Source: an archaeon (GTDB lineage: Archaea > Nanobdellota > Nanobdellia > Woesearchaeales > GW2011-AR9). Taken from it: a stretch of 64,000 nt of DNA. Of the stretch, positions 51,001-60,968 are shown piece after piece. Position numbers and translations under genes: made by a program. The notes beneath the pieces are model-generated. The model was not told the DNA's origin. It made no database searches and worked only from the letters and a program-made list of their open reading frames with translations. Numbering within the stretch: the stretch's first letter is position 1; every line of letters begins with the position of its first letter. The stretch covers positions 356,839-420,838 of the forward strand of contig JABHSG010000003.1 of NCBI GenBank assembly GCA_018697095.1, read 5' to 3'.

Positions 51001-52722
51001 ATGGTTAGTGCTGGTGGTGATCTTTTCATTCATTTAGGTCTTGTTGTAATTGTTGCAGCACTTTTCGCACTTCTATTTCGCCTTCTAAAACAGCCTCAAC
51101 TTCTAGCTTACATAGCTGTTGGTGTACTTATAACTCCAGTTTTCAAAATTATTACTGACACTAGTGTAATTGAATCAATGTCTATTATTGGAATTGCATT
51201 TTTACTTTTTCTAGTAGGTTTAGAAATGGATCTAAAAAAATTAAAGCAAGTTGCTTTTCTTTCTAGTTTTGGAGCACCTATCCAAATAGTTTTTCTATTC
51301 ACAACCTCTTTTCTAATAGCAATTTTGCTAAATTTTCTTCCACTTGAAGCAATGTATATTGGACTTATGTTTGCCTTTTCTTCAACAATGATTGTGATGA
51401 AGTTCCTTTCAGATAGAAAAGAACTTTCCACCTTGCATGGAAGAATCATTGTAGGGATTTTACTAATGGAAGATATCTTTGCAATTTTTGCACTTTCAAT
51501 TTTAGGTAGCATTCAAGAATTTAATATTGCAGTTTTAGGAATTGCATTTCTAAAATTCGCAGCACTCTTCATAGCAGCATATCTTGCAAGTAAATACCTT
51601 TTCCCAAAAGTTTTCGAGTTCGCAGCGCGTAGGCATGAATTACTCTTAATTACAAGCCTTGCTGTTTGTTTTCTATTCTCATTAGCATTTCAGTTTCTTG
51701 GCTTTTCAATAGCTATTGGCGCTTTTGTAGCTGGCCTAGCACTTGGTAATTTAAGATATCAATTAGAAATTATTGGGAAAGTAAAATCCTTAAGGGATTT
51801 CTTCTCACTACTTTTTTTCGTCTCACTTGGAATGACACTGAACTTGGGAGTTATCAAAACGCATTACCTTATGATTATTATTTTCACACTTTTCATAGTT
51901 TTGTTCAAACCACTTCTAATTGTTGGTATCGCTTCACTTTTCAGATACACAAAAAAACCTTCACTTTATTCAGGTCTTTACCTAACTCAAGTAGGGGAAT
52001 TCGCTCTAATCATTGGAGCGTTAGGGCTGCAGTTTGGCCACATCTCAACTGATACATTTTCAGCAGTTGTAATGGTTTCACTAATATCATTAATTTTTAC
52101 ATCATATTACATCAAATATCTGCAAGGCATTTACACTCTTTTAGAAAAACCACTTAGTTTCCTTGACAAGTTCAACACAGAAGGATTAGAGTTTGTTCCA
52201 AAAGATGTTAAACCAAATGTTGTTTTGTGCGGACATAATCGTATTGGTTATAGTGTTCTAAGAAAACTTGGACGCACTAAAAAATCCAAAGAGAAAATAT
52301 TAGTTGTTGATTACAATCCTGAAATTATTAAAATGACAGCAGCGAGCGGATTCCATTGTATCTATGGGGAAGTTGACGATGAAGAAATTATTGAGAAAAT
52401 GAATCTAGCACATGTCAAACTTCTTGTTTCTACAGTTCCTGGTCTTAAAGAAAACTTGCTACTAGTTAGAAAAACCCGTAAGGCAAACAAACGTGCTAGA
52501 ATTATTGCAACAGCCCAATCAACAAATGACGCACTAATTTTGTACAAAGCAGGCGCTGATTATGTGACTCTTCCTCACTTTTTAGGTGGAGAACATATAG
52601 CGAACTTAGTAATTGGTGTACGTAAAAAAGTAATCAATCTAAATCAACATAGAGATGATCACTTAAAAGAATTAAAGCTCAGACAAAAGCACGGACATGA
52701 TCATCCTAGTTACTTGTATTAG
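51001..52722 (+). CDS. CPA2 family monovalent cation:proton antiporter with C-terminal RCK/TrkA-N domain
   Basis: About 12 TM helices followed by a Rossmann motif VVLCGHNRIGYSVLRKL. Confidence 0.8.
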   Translation: MVSAGGDLFIHLGLVVIVAALFALLFRLLKQPQLLAYIAVGVLITPVFKIITDTSVIESMSIIGIAFLLFLVGLEMDLKKLKQVAFLSSFGAPIQIVFLFTTSFLIAILLNFLPLEAMYIGLMFAFSSTMIVMKFLSDRKELSTLHGRIIVGILLMEDIFAIFALSILGSIQEFNIAVLGIAFLKFAALFIAAYLASKYLFPKVFEFAARRHELLLITSLAVCFLFSLAFQFLGFSIAIGAFVAGLALGNLRYQLEIIGKVKSLRDFFSLLFFVSLGMTLNLGVIKTHYLMIIIFTLFIVLFKPLLIVGIASLFRYTKKPSLYSGLYLTQVGEFALIIGALGLQFGHISTDTFSAVVMVSLISLIFTSYYIKYLQGIYTLLEKPLSFLDKFNTEGLEFVPKDVKPNVVLCGHNRIGYSVLRKLGRTKKSKEKILVVDYNPEIIKMTAASGFHCIYGEVDDEEIIEKMNLAHVKLLVSTVPGLKENLLLVRKTRKANKRARIIATAQSTNDALILYKAGADYVTLPHFLGGEHIANLVIGVRKKVINLNQHRDDHLKELKLRQKHGHDHPSYLY

Positions 52723-52786
52723 TGGTAAAGACAAATTATTCTCTTTCTAGTAATAAATTTTTAAAAGAGCCTTCTTTTGAGCTTCT

Positions 52787-54211
52787 ATGACAATAGAGCT
52801 AAGTCTAACAAGAACAGATCGTCCTAATATCGAAATGTTAGGTGGGACTCCTGCAGTGTGGGGCGAAGGCTATCAGGCATTTTGGATGCCAAACGGTTTT
52901 CTACTATCTCTATTTGAGTGTGACCGTGATTTTTACGATGATTCAACAACTCGCACACAAGAAGGTGACCTTGGATTAAATGATCTTGGTTTAGCAAGAA
53001 CAAGGGATTCCATTGTCTCAGCATTAAGAGATCTTAGACAACAATGTGCAGTTCAACCAAGTGGTCTAAAATTAAGAGATGGTTTGTGGCATCAATCATC
53101 TGGCAGAGGAGATATTCATAAGAGTCAATTTCAAGATGTGTTTACAAGAGCTAAAAAATTAGCAAAAGAAAACAGCAAAGTAGCAGCACTTGAAGATGCC
53201 CTGTATGATCTTGGTGTACCAGATTATTGTATTGAAAGAGCAATTAGTGCTGCAGCCAAAAATGGTATTCTGTTTCCAAAACTTGTAACTACACAAACTC
53301 TTTCAGACGTGGTTTTGCAATTTACTCAAATTGATGGTTGTAAAGTAGACCTTAAATTATCTGCAAGGAAGAATCAACTAAGAAGGCAAGCACAATATCT
53401 AACGGATGCTTGGAAACATCCATTACTTAGACCATTCACACCAAAATTAATTGCAGCTTCTTTGCGTGAAGATTTGCACCTTGGAGCACTTATAACTCAA
53501 GATACAATTAATCCTAGAAGTTTAAGATTAGGAGATTTACAAGAATATCAACATTTACGGAGTGCTGTTATAGGACAACTCTCAAAAAGGCTCAGAGTAG
53601 AAAGATCTATTCTTCTATTCGATGAATATACAACTGATATTTTCAATCGAACTTTAGCCCATCTCCTTTTACGTGATTCAATGGCTAAAAGAGTTTATGA
53701 TACTGATCCAGAAAATTTAGTTTTCGAATCAGCAAGAATCGAAGATGGGCTTATGGATGCTAAAAACCAAACTGGCGTAAGGAAATTCCTAAAACTTCTT
53801 GAAATATACAAACAAATAGAACCAAGGCTTTACACTTATGCACAAGAAGAAGCAACCACTTTAATTCATGGTGATCCTCGGCCAGAAAATATTTGGCCTA
53901 GCCCATACAATGCACGTCCCACTGGAGATCCGCTTGCATTAAGAGCTAATCCTGAATTTGATCTTGCCAGAATGGAAGCAATTAATCCAAGGTTATATGC
54001 AAATATGTATTTGCACATGCAAGAAATAGTTGCAGAAGTTTTAGCTAAAAGAGCAACCCCTAGAATATTGACATCAACGCAATTTCAAGATAGGGCGGCT
54101 GAACTTTCATTTGCATCAGCCATGCGTGTTGGAACATTTCTATTAAAACAAGGAAGAAATGCAAATAATTATCTTGTACAAGCGAATCATTATGCAAGGA
54201 TGATTAACTAA
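52787..54211 (+). CDS. protein with C-terminal APH/protein-kinase-like fold domain
   Basis: Catalytic-loop motif LIHGDPRPENIW (cf. APH/ChoK HGDxxxxN), followed by ANPEFDLARME (DFG/IDFE-like). The N-terminal ~330 aa have no recognised domain. Confidence 0.45.
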   Translation: MTIELSLTRTDRPNIEMLGGTPAVWGEGYQAFWMPNGFLLSLFECDRDFYDDSTTRTQEGDLGLNDLGLARTRDSIVSALRDLRQQCAVQPSGLKLRDGLWHQSSGRGDIHKSQFQDVFTRAKKLAKENSKVAALEDALYDLGVPDYCIERAISAAAKNGILFPKLVTTQTLSDVVLQFTQIDGCKVDLKLSARKNQLRRQAQYLTDAWKHPLLRPFTPKLIAASLREDLHLGALITQDTINPRSLRLGDLQEYQHLRSAVIGQLSKRLRVERSILLFDEYTTDIFNRTLAHLLLRDSMAKRVYDTDPENLVFESARIEDGLMDAKNQTGVRKFLKLLEIYKQIEPRLYTYAQEEATTLIHGDPRPENIWPSPYNARPTGDPLALRANPEFDLARMEAINPRLYANMYLHMQEIVAEVLAKRATPRILTSTQFQDRAAELSFASAMRVGTFLLKQGRNANNYLVQANHYARMIN

Positions 54212-54226
54212 TCATAACAGTCTTAA

Positions 54227-55174
54227 TTAATTATTTCTTGCAGCTAAAATTCCGATAGCTGGAGATGTACTGAGATAAATTGTTCTTGCAAGTTCACTGA
54301 TGTAGTAAATTAACGCCCCTTGTTCTTTTGGAACATTCTTAAATTCGAGTAAAAGTTTTTCATAAAGTAATCTGTTTGCACTATTGTGAACTTTTTCAAT
54401 GATTTTGATATCCTCTTTAAAAAAACCTTTTTCTAAATCTAAAAAAAGATTTTTTAATATTTCAAAAGACTCTCCTATCTTTTTATTTATTATTTTAAAA
54501 TCATTTTTCACAATAAAATTTCCAAAGTGAAGCATATTATGTTGGATTAGCCGTAGGTAAACAAAAAATGTCCAGTAGAAGTGTGTCCTTTCATCAGTAA
54601 ACCTTTTTTGTGAAATACTTCTACGGCAGAAATTATCATATTGGTCAATTTTTTGACTATGTATTTTAATTTGATTTAACAAAAATTCATCTGGATTACT
54701 TAATCCATCTTGAGTAATTTCAAAACATTCACGCATGATATAAAAAATTCTACGCATGAGTGTATGATGTTTATCCAAGTCAAGTCCTACCAGATCTTCA
54801 AGAATAATTTCACTGCCTGTATCTAAAGTAACTTCTGATCCAAGTAAATATTTTGAACAAACTTCATGAATAATTTTTGATTGTTTTTTAGTCTTATATG
54901 AAATTTTTATTTTGGTGTATCCCAAACGATACAAATCATGGAGTTTTATTCTAATGAAAGTCTCACTCTCCGAACTAAAAGAAATTTTTGCTTCTTTTAC
55001 TGCCGCTGAACCAGTAGAAATCAAAAGCGAAGGTCCAGTCTCATCAATTTCAATCTCGTCCCCAGGTTTCAGTCCTCTCTCTCGAACCCATTTGATTGGC
55101 AAGAAGATAGTATGACCACCAATTCCTTGCCGAATTATCTTTCTTTTCACAAGCATGAAAAATAAGGGTTTCAT
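54227..55174 (-). CDS. AbrB/SpoVT-domain plus PhoU-like helical regulator
   Basis: N-terminal swapped-hairpin motif (KIIRQGIGGHTIFLPIKWVRERGLKPGDEIEI). All-helical remainder, as in archaeal PhoU-type regulators. Confidence 0.45.
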   Translation of the reverse strand: MKPLFFMLVKRKIIRQGIGGHTIFLPIKWVRERGLKPGDEIEIDETGPSLLISTGSAAVKEAKISFSSESETFIRIKLHDLYRLGYTKIKISYKTKKQSKIIHEVCSKYLLGSEVTLDTGSEIILEDLVGLDLDKHHTLMRRIFYIMRECFEITQDGLSNPDEFLLNQIKIHSQKIDQYDNFCRRSISQKRFTDERTHFYWTFFVYLRLIQHNMLHFGNFIVKNDFKIINKKIGESFEILKNLFLDLEKGFFKEDIKIIEKVHNSANRLLYEKLLLEFKNVPKEQGALIYYISELARTIYLSTSPAIGILAARNN

Positions 55175-55255
55175 TAAAAGTCTTTTGTCTTATTAATATT
55201 AATAATATCTTTGATATGCATTCTTTTTTTCTCAAATAGGCAAAAATTTATCTAA

Positions 55256-56722
55256 ATGGGAGAAGATCCAATTAATGATTTTTTAGCAGAATTAGTAGAT
55301 TACACTGGGCAAGGAATTGAAGAAATAAAACCAAGTTTACAAGAACCTTTAGAAAAATTAGTTGATGTTCAAACAAGATTGGGTAATGATCATCCATTTT
55401 GGTATCTTAATGCAAAAAGAAAAATTATTTTTGGAATAAACAAGGAATTCAATAAACAAATTGATGCCTTGGTAGATGGTGCAAAAACTAGGCCGCTAAG
55501 TTGTGATCCATTGGCAACTAGGGGCAATTATGAAGGTACATGGGGTGGTTGGGAACGTGCAATAAATTTAACACAAAATCCTCCAGAAGGACTAAATGGT
55601 CTTTTTTTATATGGTGTTCCTGGTTGCGGTAAAACAAGATTACTTTCAACTATTAATAATGAACATAATACATTAATTTTAGGGAGAAGAGATCAAGCAA
55701 AAGAAGAAAATTTACGCTCTGTTGTAGGTTCATCTCTTGATTATTTAACCTGGCTAACTGCTGAATTTGAAGCTGTTCTAGAATTAGAACAAAAAATGAC
55801 TGCTATCAGAGGTAAAGAAATTGATCCTATTTTTGGACATTCACTACTACCTTCTGATGGACCTAAGGTGAAACTAAATCATGATGTATCTGATCTTGCG
55901 GGTGTGATAAGGAATAAGTTATCCCAGCAGCACCATCTTAGTGCGTTTAAATTTAAATTAGAATTAGGTTATCAGCGTTTGTTAACTGGTTATTCTTGTG
56001 ATGGTATTGATGCAACGCTGCCACCTGTTGAAACTGGTTTTAGGCCACTTGCTAAAATTAGTATTAAAGATGGAAAACTTCTTGCTAATTCTTCTCGTGA
56101 TTCACGTCAATGGGGAATAGATGCTAGTTTCTATGACCAATTAGTAACTGTAGCTAAAGGGTTAGAAGAAATGAATTTACTTGTATCTGATTATTATGAT
56201 AAAATAAAATCACTCTCAGACAGCGTATTGTCAAGAGGAAATCATCGTTTCGGAATGAGAAGTTATGGTTTTGGTCAGTTACTTGATTTTAAGTATGTAC
56301 GATTTCATCAAGAGGATGATTCATTTTCTAGTTGGGATTCTATAAGAAGACTTGGTGATAGACATTCCCTTAATAGTGGTGGACTCTTGCTCCTTGATGA
56401 AGTACAACATTACGGAAGAGTTGAAGGCGTTGAGGCTCTTCTTGAAGTAATTGAATCGATATATGATGTAAATCAAACTTTAAACGCAAGCGGCAGAAAA
56501 TTATTTGTTGTCATGGCAGGAAATTTTGATCCAAGAGAACTTCTTGATTACACTAAATTAAAAGATGCTGGAATTCCTGAACCAATTGCACTCAAAGCAG
56601 AAAAAGTTCTGAATAGGTTAATTGGTTCTACTGTGCCGTACGAAGTTCCTGCACCAAGTTATAGAGCACAACAAGGAGCAAATTTAGCAGCAGGTGTCTT
56701 AGGACTCCTTGGTGGCAGTTAG
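55256..56722 (+). CDS. P-loop NTPase of unknown family
   Basis: Walker A GVPGCGKT. Candidate Walker B LLLLDEVQ lies ~250 aa downstream. Confidence 0.45.
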   Translation: MGEDPINDFLAELVDYTGQGIEEIKPSLQEPLEKLVDVQTRLGNDHPFWYLNAKRKIIFGINKEFNKQIDALVDGAKTRPLSCDPLATRGNYEGTWGGWERAINLTQNPPEGLNGLFLYGVPGCGKTRLLSTINNEHNTLILGRRDQAKEENLRSVVGSSLDYLTWLTAEFEAVLELEQKMTAIRGKEIDPIFGHSLLPSDGPKVKLNHDVSDLAGVIRNKLSQQHHLSAFKFKLELGYQRLLTGYSCDGIDATLPPVETGFRPLAKISIKDGKLLANSSRDSRQWGIDASFYDQLVTVAKGLEEMNLLVSDYYDKIKSLSDSVLSRGNHRFGMRSYGFGQLLDFKYVRFHQEDDSFSSWDSIRRLGDRHSLNSGGLLLLDEVQHYGRVEGVEALLEVIESIYDVNQTLNASGRKLFVVMAGNFDPRELLDYTKLKDAGIPEPIALKAEKVLNRLIGSTVPYEVPAPSYRAQQGANLAAGVLGLLGGS

Positions 56723-56823
56723 AGGTAGAAAACAGTTTTTCTGAGTAATTTAAAATCAAAGACATCAGCGAGGAGAAAAATAATGGGCTATCAATCACAA
56801 GTAAGAAAAGGTTTCAAAGCAGT

Positions 56824-57297
56824 TTGGTAAGTGAAGAACAACCAGCGGGCCTTTTTTCCACAATCACAGTATCTAATGAATTAGATGATGATGATTTACT
56901 CGGCATTGTGGATATGCTTTATGAAGAAGATAAAAGAAATAATCCTGGAAAAGACAATGAAGACGCCATTTTTAATCAGATGATGAGTTTTTACGAAGAC
57001 AATGAAGTTTATTTATGGGTTGCAAAAAAAGAAGGAAAAACAGTAGGCTATGGAAGGGCTAGGATTACTGGCAGTAGATTAAAAGGAGATATGATTTATG
57101 TTTCACCAGAAGCCAGGGGACTTTGTGTTGGCAAAACGCTTCTTAAGTCCCAAATAGATTTTGCGATAGCAGAAGGTCTTACTGAAGTTTATTCTTGCAT
57201 TGATGATGGTAATGTGGCAAGCCTCAGGGTGAATCAAGGGCTTGGTTTTTATGTCCAAAAAGTTGATTTTGGTTATGATGTAAGTTTAAAAATTTAA
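56824..57297 (+). CDS. GNAT family N-acetyltransferase
   Basis: ARGLCVGKTLL CoA-binding motif. Length 157 aa. Confidence 0.55.
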   Translation: MVSEEQPAGLFSTITVSNELDDDDLLGIVDMLYEEDKRNNPGKDNEDAIFNQMMSFYEDNEVYLWVAKKEGKTVGYGRARITGSRLKGDMIYVSPEARGLCVGKTLLKSQIDFAIAEGLTEVYSCIDDGNVASLRVNQGLGFYVQKVDFGYDVSLKI

Positions 57298-57338
57298 GAT
57301 CAATTTGTACTCAAGTTAATTAAAAAAAATCCCGAAAA

Positions 57339-57863
57339 ATGAATTACAATTTTGAACAAGCAGTAGACACTTTCAGAGATAGAGTTGCAATACCTGTAAC
57401 AGCAACTTTAATTTATGGTGGAGTGGGAGATGCACTAGGTGCAGGCATAGAAGATGTATTTAATCTTGATTGTAATAGCTGGAGCACTACTTCGTACTTT
57501 TTCCCACGCCTTTGTGCTGATGATCTGAGTTCGGGTATTGCAATTGGAGCAGCTGTAGCAAGCATTCCTTTAAGAAAGCAAATGAATGGTTTAGTTGAAA
57601 GATTTTTTGATTACACTATTCCTGATGGAGTTTCTTCTTATGATTCTCGGCCAAAAACTGAAGCAGCAAGAGTAGCGATTCTAACGCTTGGCGTTGCTGC
57701 AGCTGGATCAACTTTATCTGCAGAAATAGAAGATATTGTAGACTCTCAAGACAGTAAATTCATCTCCTCAAATTCTAATTGGTATTGTGCAGGTGGCGGC
57801 GCTGCAATTGGCCTTGCTCTTGCAACAGCATTTCTCTTAAACAGAATATGTGATCCAAGGTGA
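57339..57863 (+). CDS. hypothetical membrane-associated protein
   Basis: Gly/Ala-rich hydrophobic stretches. Confidence 0.3.
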   Translation: MNYNFEQAVDTFRDRVAIPVTATLIYGGVGDALGAGIEDVFNLDCNSWSTTSYFFPRLCADDLSSGIAIGAAVASIPLRKQMNGLVERFFDYTIPDGVSSYDSRPKTEAARVAILTLGVAAAGSTLSAEIEDIVDSQDSKFISSNSNWYCAGGGAAIGLALATAFLLNRICDPR

Positions 57864-57918
57864 TGATAACCATCTTCCCCAATACATTCTTAAACTGCCT
57901 ACCTTTTTTCTACCTACA

Positions 57919-58995
57919 ATGAACTTTGAAAAGATCCCTCCCTTTGAAGATAGCAAGACTCTTCTAGATATTGCTTTTAGTAGAGCTCGTAAACGTAAGG
58001 ATGAGAAGAAATTCAAAGGAAAGCCAATTGACAGGGCTAAAAACAAAGAAATCATCAAATTAGACTTAATTCAAGGATATTTAGATCAAAGACTTGACAA
58101 AGTAGTGAAGAGTTACCCTAGTTTTGATCATCTTCCAATGTTTTACCAAAAACTAATCAAACTTACCTTGAATCCAGATGACTTGAAAAAAGCAATCGCT
58201 ACACTTTCATGGGCAAGGCAAAAAATCAAAGGGTTCCATCGGCAATACTTAAGATCAATTCAAAAATCTCAAACTTACGAAAACGTAAAACTTTTTCAAA
58301 AACAATTCTATGGTAGAATTTCAAGTATTCTTAGGCAAACAGATACAGCGATTGCGTACATTAATAATTCAAGAAGGACCATGAAAACTTTCCCAGACAT
58401 TAAAGATGGTTTTTTTACAATTTGTCTTTACGGTTTTCCAAACATTGGTAAAACTACACTTCTAAACAAGTTAACAGGAACAAACGCTAAAACAGCAGCT
58501 TATGAGTTTACAACTAAGTCAATTAATGTTGGTTATCTAAAACAAGATGAAACAGATCCAAGTAAAATAACAACAGCTAAGTCCAAAAAGAAAAAACATC
58601 AAACTGGACTTGTAGTGCAAGTTTGTGATGTCCCAGGAACCTTAGCACGTCCTGAAAAAATGAACGGTATTGAAATGCAAGCAGAACTTGTGATGAATGA
58701 AGTAGCTAACCTTACAGTTTACTTAATTGACATTAGTCAAGAATACAACATTGAGCGCCAATTAAAATTATACAAAAAAGTAAAAAAACAAAAGACTCCA
58801 ATGCTAACACTTTTTAGCAAACAAGATATTGTGAACGCAGCAGACATTGAAGAGTTCAAAAAAGACCACAAAATAAAAGATATTAGTATGGAAGAGTTAA
58901 CCAAAGAAATTCTTAGTCGTGCCAAATCCTTTTATGAACGTGAAGCAGCAAAAGTGCAAGAAGCAAAACTTTCGAAGAAAGGTTTAGGGAAATAA
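57919..58995 (+). CDS. NOG1-family GTPase
   Basis: Start moved to MNFEKIPPFED, which matches the NOG1 N-terminus. G1 motif GFPNIGKTTLLN. G3 motif DVPG. Lys-rich insert. Confidence 0.7.
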   Translation: MNFEKIPPFEDSKTLLDIAFSRARKRKDEKKFKGKPIDRAKNKEIIKLDLIQGYLDQRLDKVVKSYPSFDHLPMFYQKLIKLTLNPDDLKKAIATLSWARQKIKGFHRQYLRSIQKSQTYENVKLFQKQFYGRISSILRQTDTAIAYINNSRRTMKTFPDIKDGFFTICLYGFPNIGKTTLLNKLTGTNAKTAAYEFTTKSINVGYLKQDETDPSKITTAKSKKKKHQTGLVVQVCDVPGTLARPEKMNGIEMQAELVMNEVANLTVYLIDISQEYNIERQLKLYKKVKKQKTPMLTLFSKQDIVNAADIEEFKKDHKIKDISMEELTKEILSRAKSFYEREAAKVQEAKLSKKGLGK

Positions 58996-59132
58996 ATTTC
59001 CCAAAAAGATCTAGCTGCGAAAAATAAAGCAGCTAAAGGACAAGCAGCTAAAAATTAATCTATTCTCTCCAAACAACAACATTTAAAACTGATTTTTCCC
59101 TTCTACAATCTATATCTCGTAATTTAGGTGTA

Positions 59133-60269
59133 ATGGACATGGATACTATAGTAATTATTGCAATTGTTATTTTTCACATTGCTGCATTTTTAATGCTTTA
59201 TTCTATTTATCTTTTCATAAAACATGCTCAAAAAAAACATAAAGAGCAAGGACTTTTTAACGAATTAGCAACTGCCCCATTACCAAAAGTAACAAAACCA
59301 GACATCAAAAAACAATTAGAAGAATCAAACTTAGACCTGAAAAAAGAATTAGATGATATTCCAGATCTTTCTCATACAATTATTGATTCCGCGCTAAATG
59401 CTAAGTTTATTGAAGAAGAGAAATCTTTACCAATAAAAAAATCAAAATTGTTCAGTAAAAATTCTCGTTCACCACCTCCACGCGCAGTGCACGTCTCAAA
59501 AAATCACGATGAAGCACGTGAAGCTATGCAAAAGGCCAAAGAAGTTCTAAAACACTGGGAAGATGAAGAGCATTTAGTAAACTACAACGGAGAGTTAGAC
59601 CATATCGAAGAGCAATTAACTAAATTTTATTCAGATGAAAAAGTACTTTATCAAAAAAAATTAGCTAAAAAAAGAAAACAAGAAACAAAAGAAAACCTAA
59701 ACGAAATCCAAAGACAAGAAATCCAAGACAAAGTTCCAACAAAGCATCTTAAATCAATTCATCAAGAGATATATGAAGACGAACTGCGCTGGGTCCTTAA
59801 AAGACTTCATACGCAAACAAAAGATCATTTGCAATCTAAAAAAGATCAACATTACGATGCAAGGATGCAAGAAATTGAAGACAAAATTGAAAATTTAATG
59901 GGTGAGCGCAAATTCACAAAAAGATCTGCTAATGATAATAATGCAATCCCAAATCATGTTGCTAAGTTCAAAGAAGGCGTAGAAAACGACTTTGACAGCT
60001 TTCACCAAAGTTTAACTAGTCAGCAAAGCAAACCAAAAAAGTCATTTTTGCAAAAGTTAAACCCTTTCAAAAAACCTCAAGAAGAATTTCTAAGTGAAGA
60101 GCAAATTGAGCAAAGAGCAGTAGATTTGGTAAAGAGCATATCTTCTAAAATTGAGGGTGACAACCCAATTCCAGTCCCAGACATCTCAACTATCAGTAAA
60201 CGTTTAATTACAGTCCACAAGCAAATTTGGGGGGATAATAGTAATCCATACAATTCTAAACAAGATTAA
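59133..60269 (+). CDS. membrane-anchored coiled-coil protein
   Basis: N-terminal TM followed by a highly charged helical region. Confidence 0.4.
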   Translation: MDMDTIVIIAIVIFHIAAFLMLYSIYLFIKHAQKKHKEQGLFNELATAPLPKVTKPDIKKQLEESNLDLKKELDDIPDLSHTIIDSALNAKFIEEEKSLPIKKSKLFSKNSRSPPPRAVHVSKNHDEAREAMQKAKEVLKHWEDEEHLVNYNGELDHIEEQLTKFYSDEKVLYQKKLAKKRKQETKENLNEIQRQEIQDKVPTKHLKSIHQEIYEDELRWVLKRLHTQTKDHLQSKKDQHYDARMQEIEDKIENLMGERKFTKRSANDNNAIPNHVAKFKEGVENDFDSFHQSLTSQQSKPKKSFLQKLNPFKKPQEEFLSEEQIEQRAVDLVKSISSKIEGDNPIPVPDISTISKRLITVHKQIWGDNSNPYNSKQD

Positions 60270-60338
60270 GAAAATAATTCTAAAAAATATAATTTAAGAA
60301 ATTAAATAATCAAAATAATATCAAAAAATCTACTAAAT

Positions 60339-60902
60339 TTATGCTGCAGGAGAATCGTTAGAGATTTTAACTCCTTCTGCAATTGCTGTAGTTCTAATTT
60401 TACAAGTGCAAGGGAACTTAGCGGATGCTCGCTTCAAAGCTTCTTTAGCAACAGCAATGTGTTTTTTATCAACACGTACCTCAATTAAGATCTGGTCTTT
60501 TCTAATCTGAGCAGCAGCACCAATGATCTTTCCAAAAGACTTCTTCATACCTGTACTCATCCTATCTGCTCCAGCTCCACTAGCTAGTGGGTTTTCACGA
60601 AGTACGTGGAATGGGTAAAATCTGATTTTTAGAAAATATCCACTTCTACCAAGGTTCTTTTCAAGATGTTTGTTAGAAGTTTGACGTGATGCTTCAATTG
60701 CATTATGACGAATTTGAAGTGGTTTTGTAGCATGTAAGGTTACTAATGTGTTAAAATCAGCGTGCTGATTTCCCATTTGGAACTTAACAACTCGTAAATT
60801 AGGGAATCCACCACGAATGAAGTTCTTTTTGTTAAACTTAGATTTACGGGTGTACGGACGCTCAAGTCCTCTATATCCAACGAATTTACGTAATCGTGCC
60901 AT
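60339..60902 (-). CDS. rpl10e: 50S ribosomal protein L10e (uL16)
   Basis: MARLRKFVGYRGLERPYTRKSKF... is the L10e signature. Confidence 0.9.
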   Translation of the reverse strand: MARLRKFVGYRGLERPYTRKSKFNKKNFIRGGFPNLRVVKFQMGNQHADFNTLVTLHATKPLQIRHNAIEASRQTSNKHLEKNLGRSGYFLKIRFYPFHVLRENPLASGAGADRMSTGMKKSFGKIIGAAAQIRKDQILIEVRVDKKHIAVAKEALKRASAKFPCTCKIRTTAIAEGVKISNDSPAA

Positions 60903-60968
60903 ATCTTCCTAGGCCAGCTGCCTATTTATAAAGCTTACGGCTAACTGCTGTAATATCAGAAATTTTGC

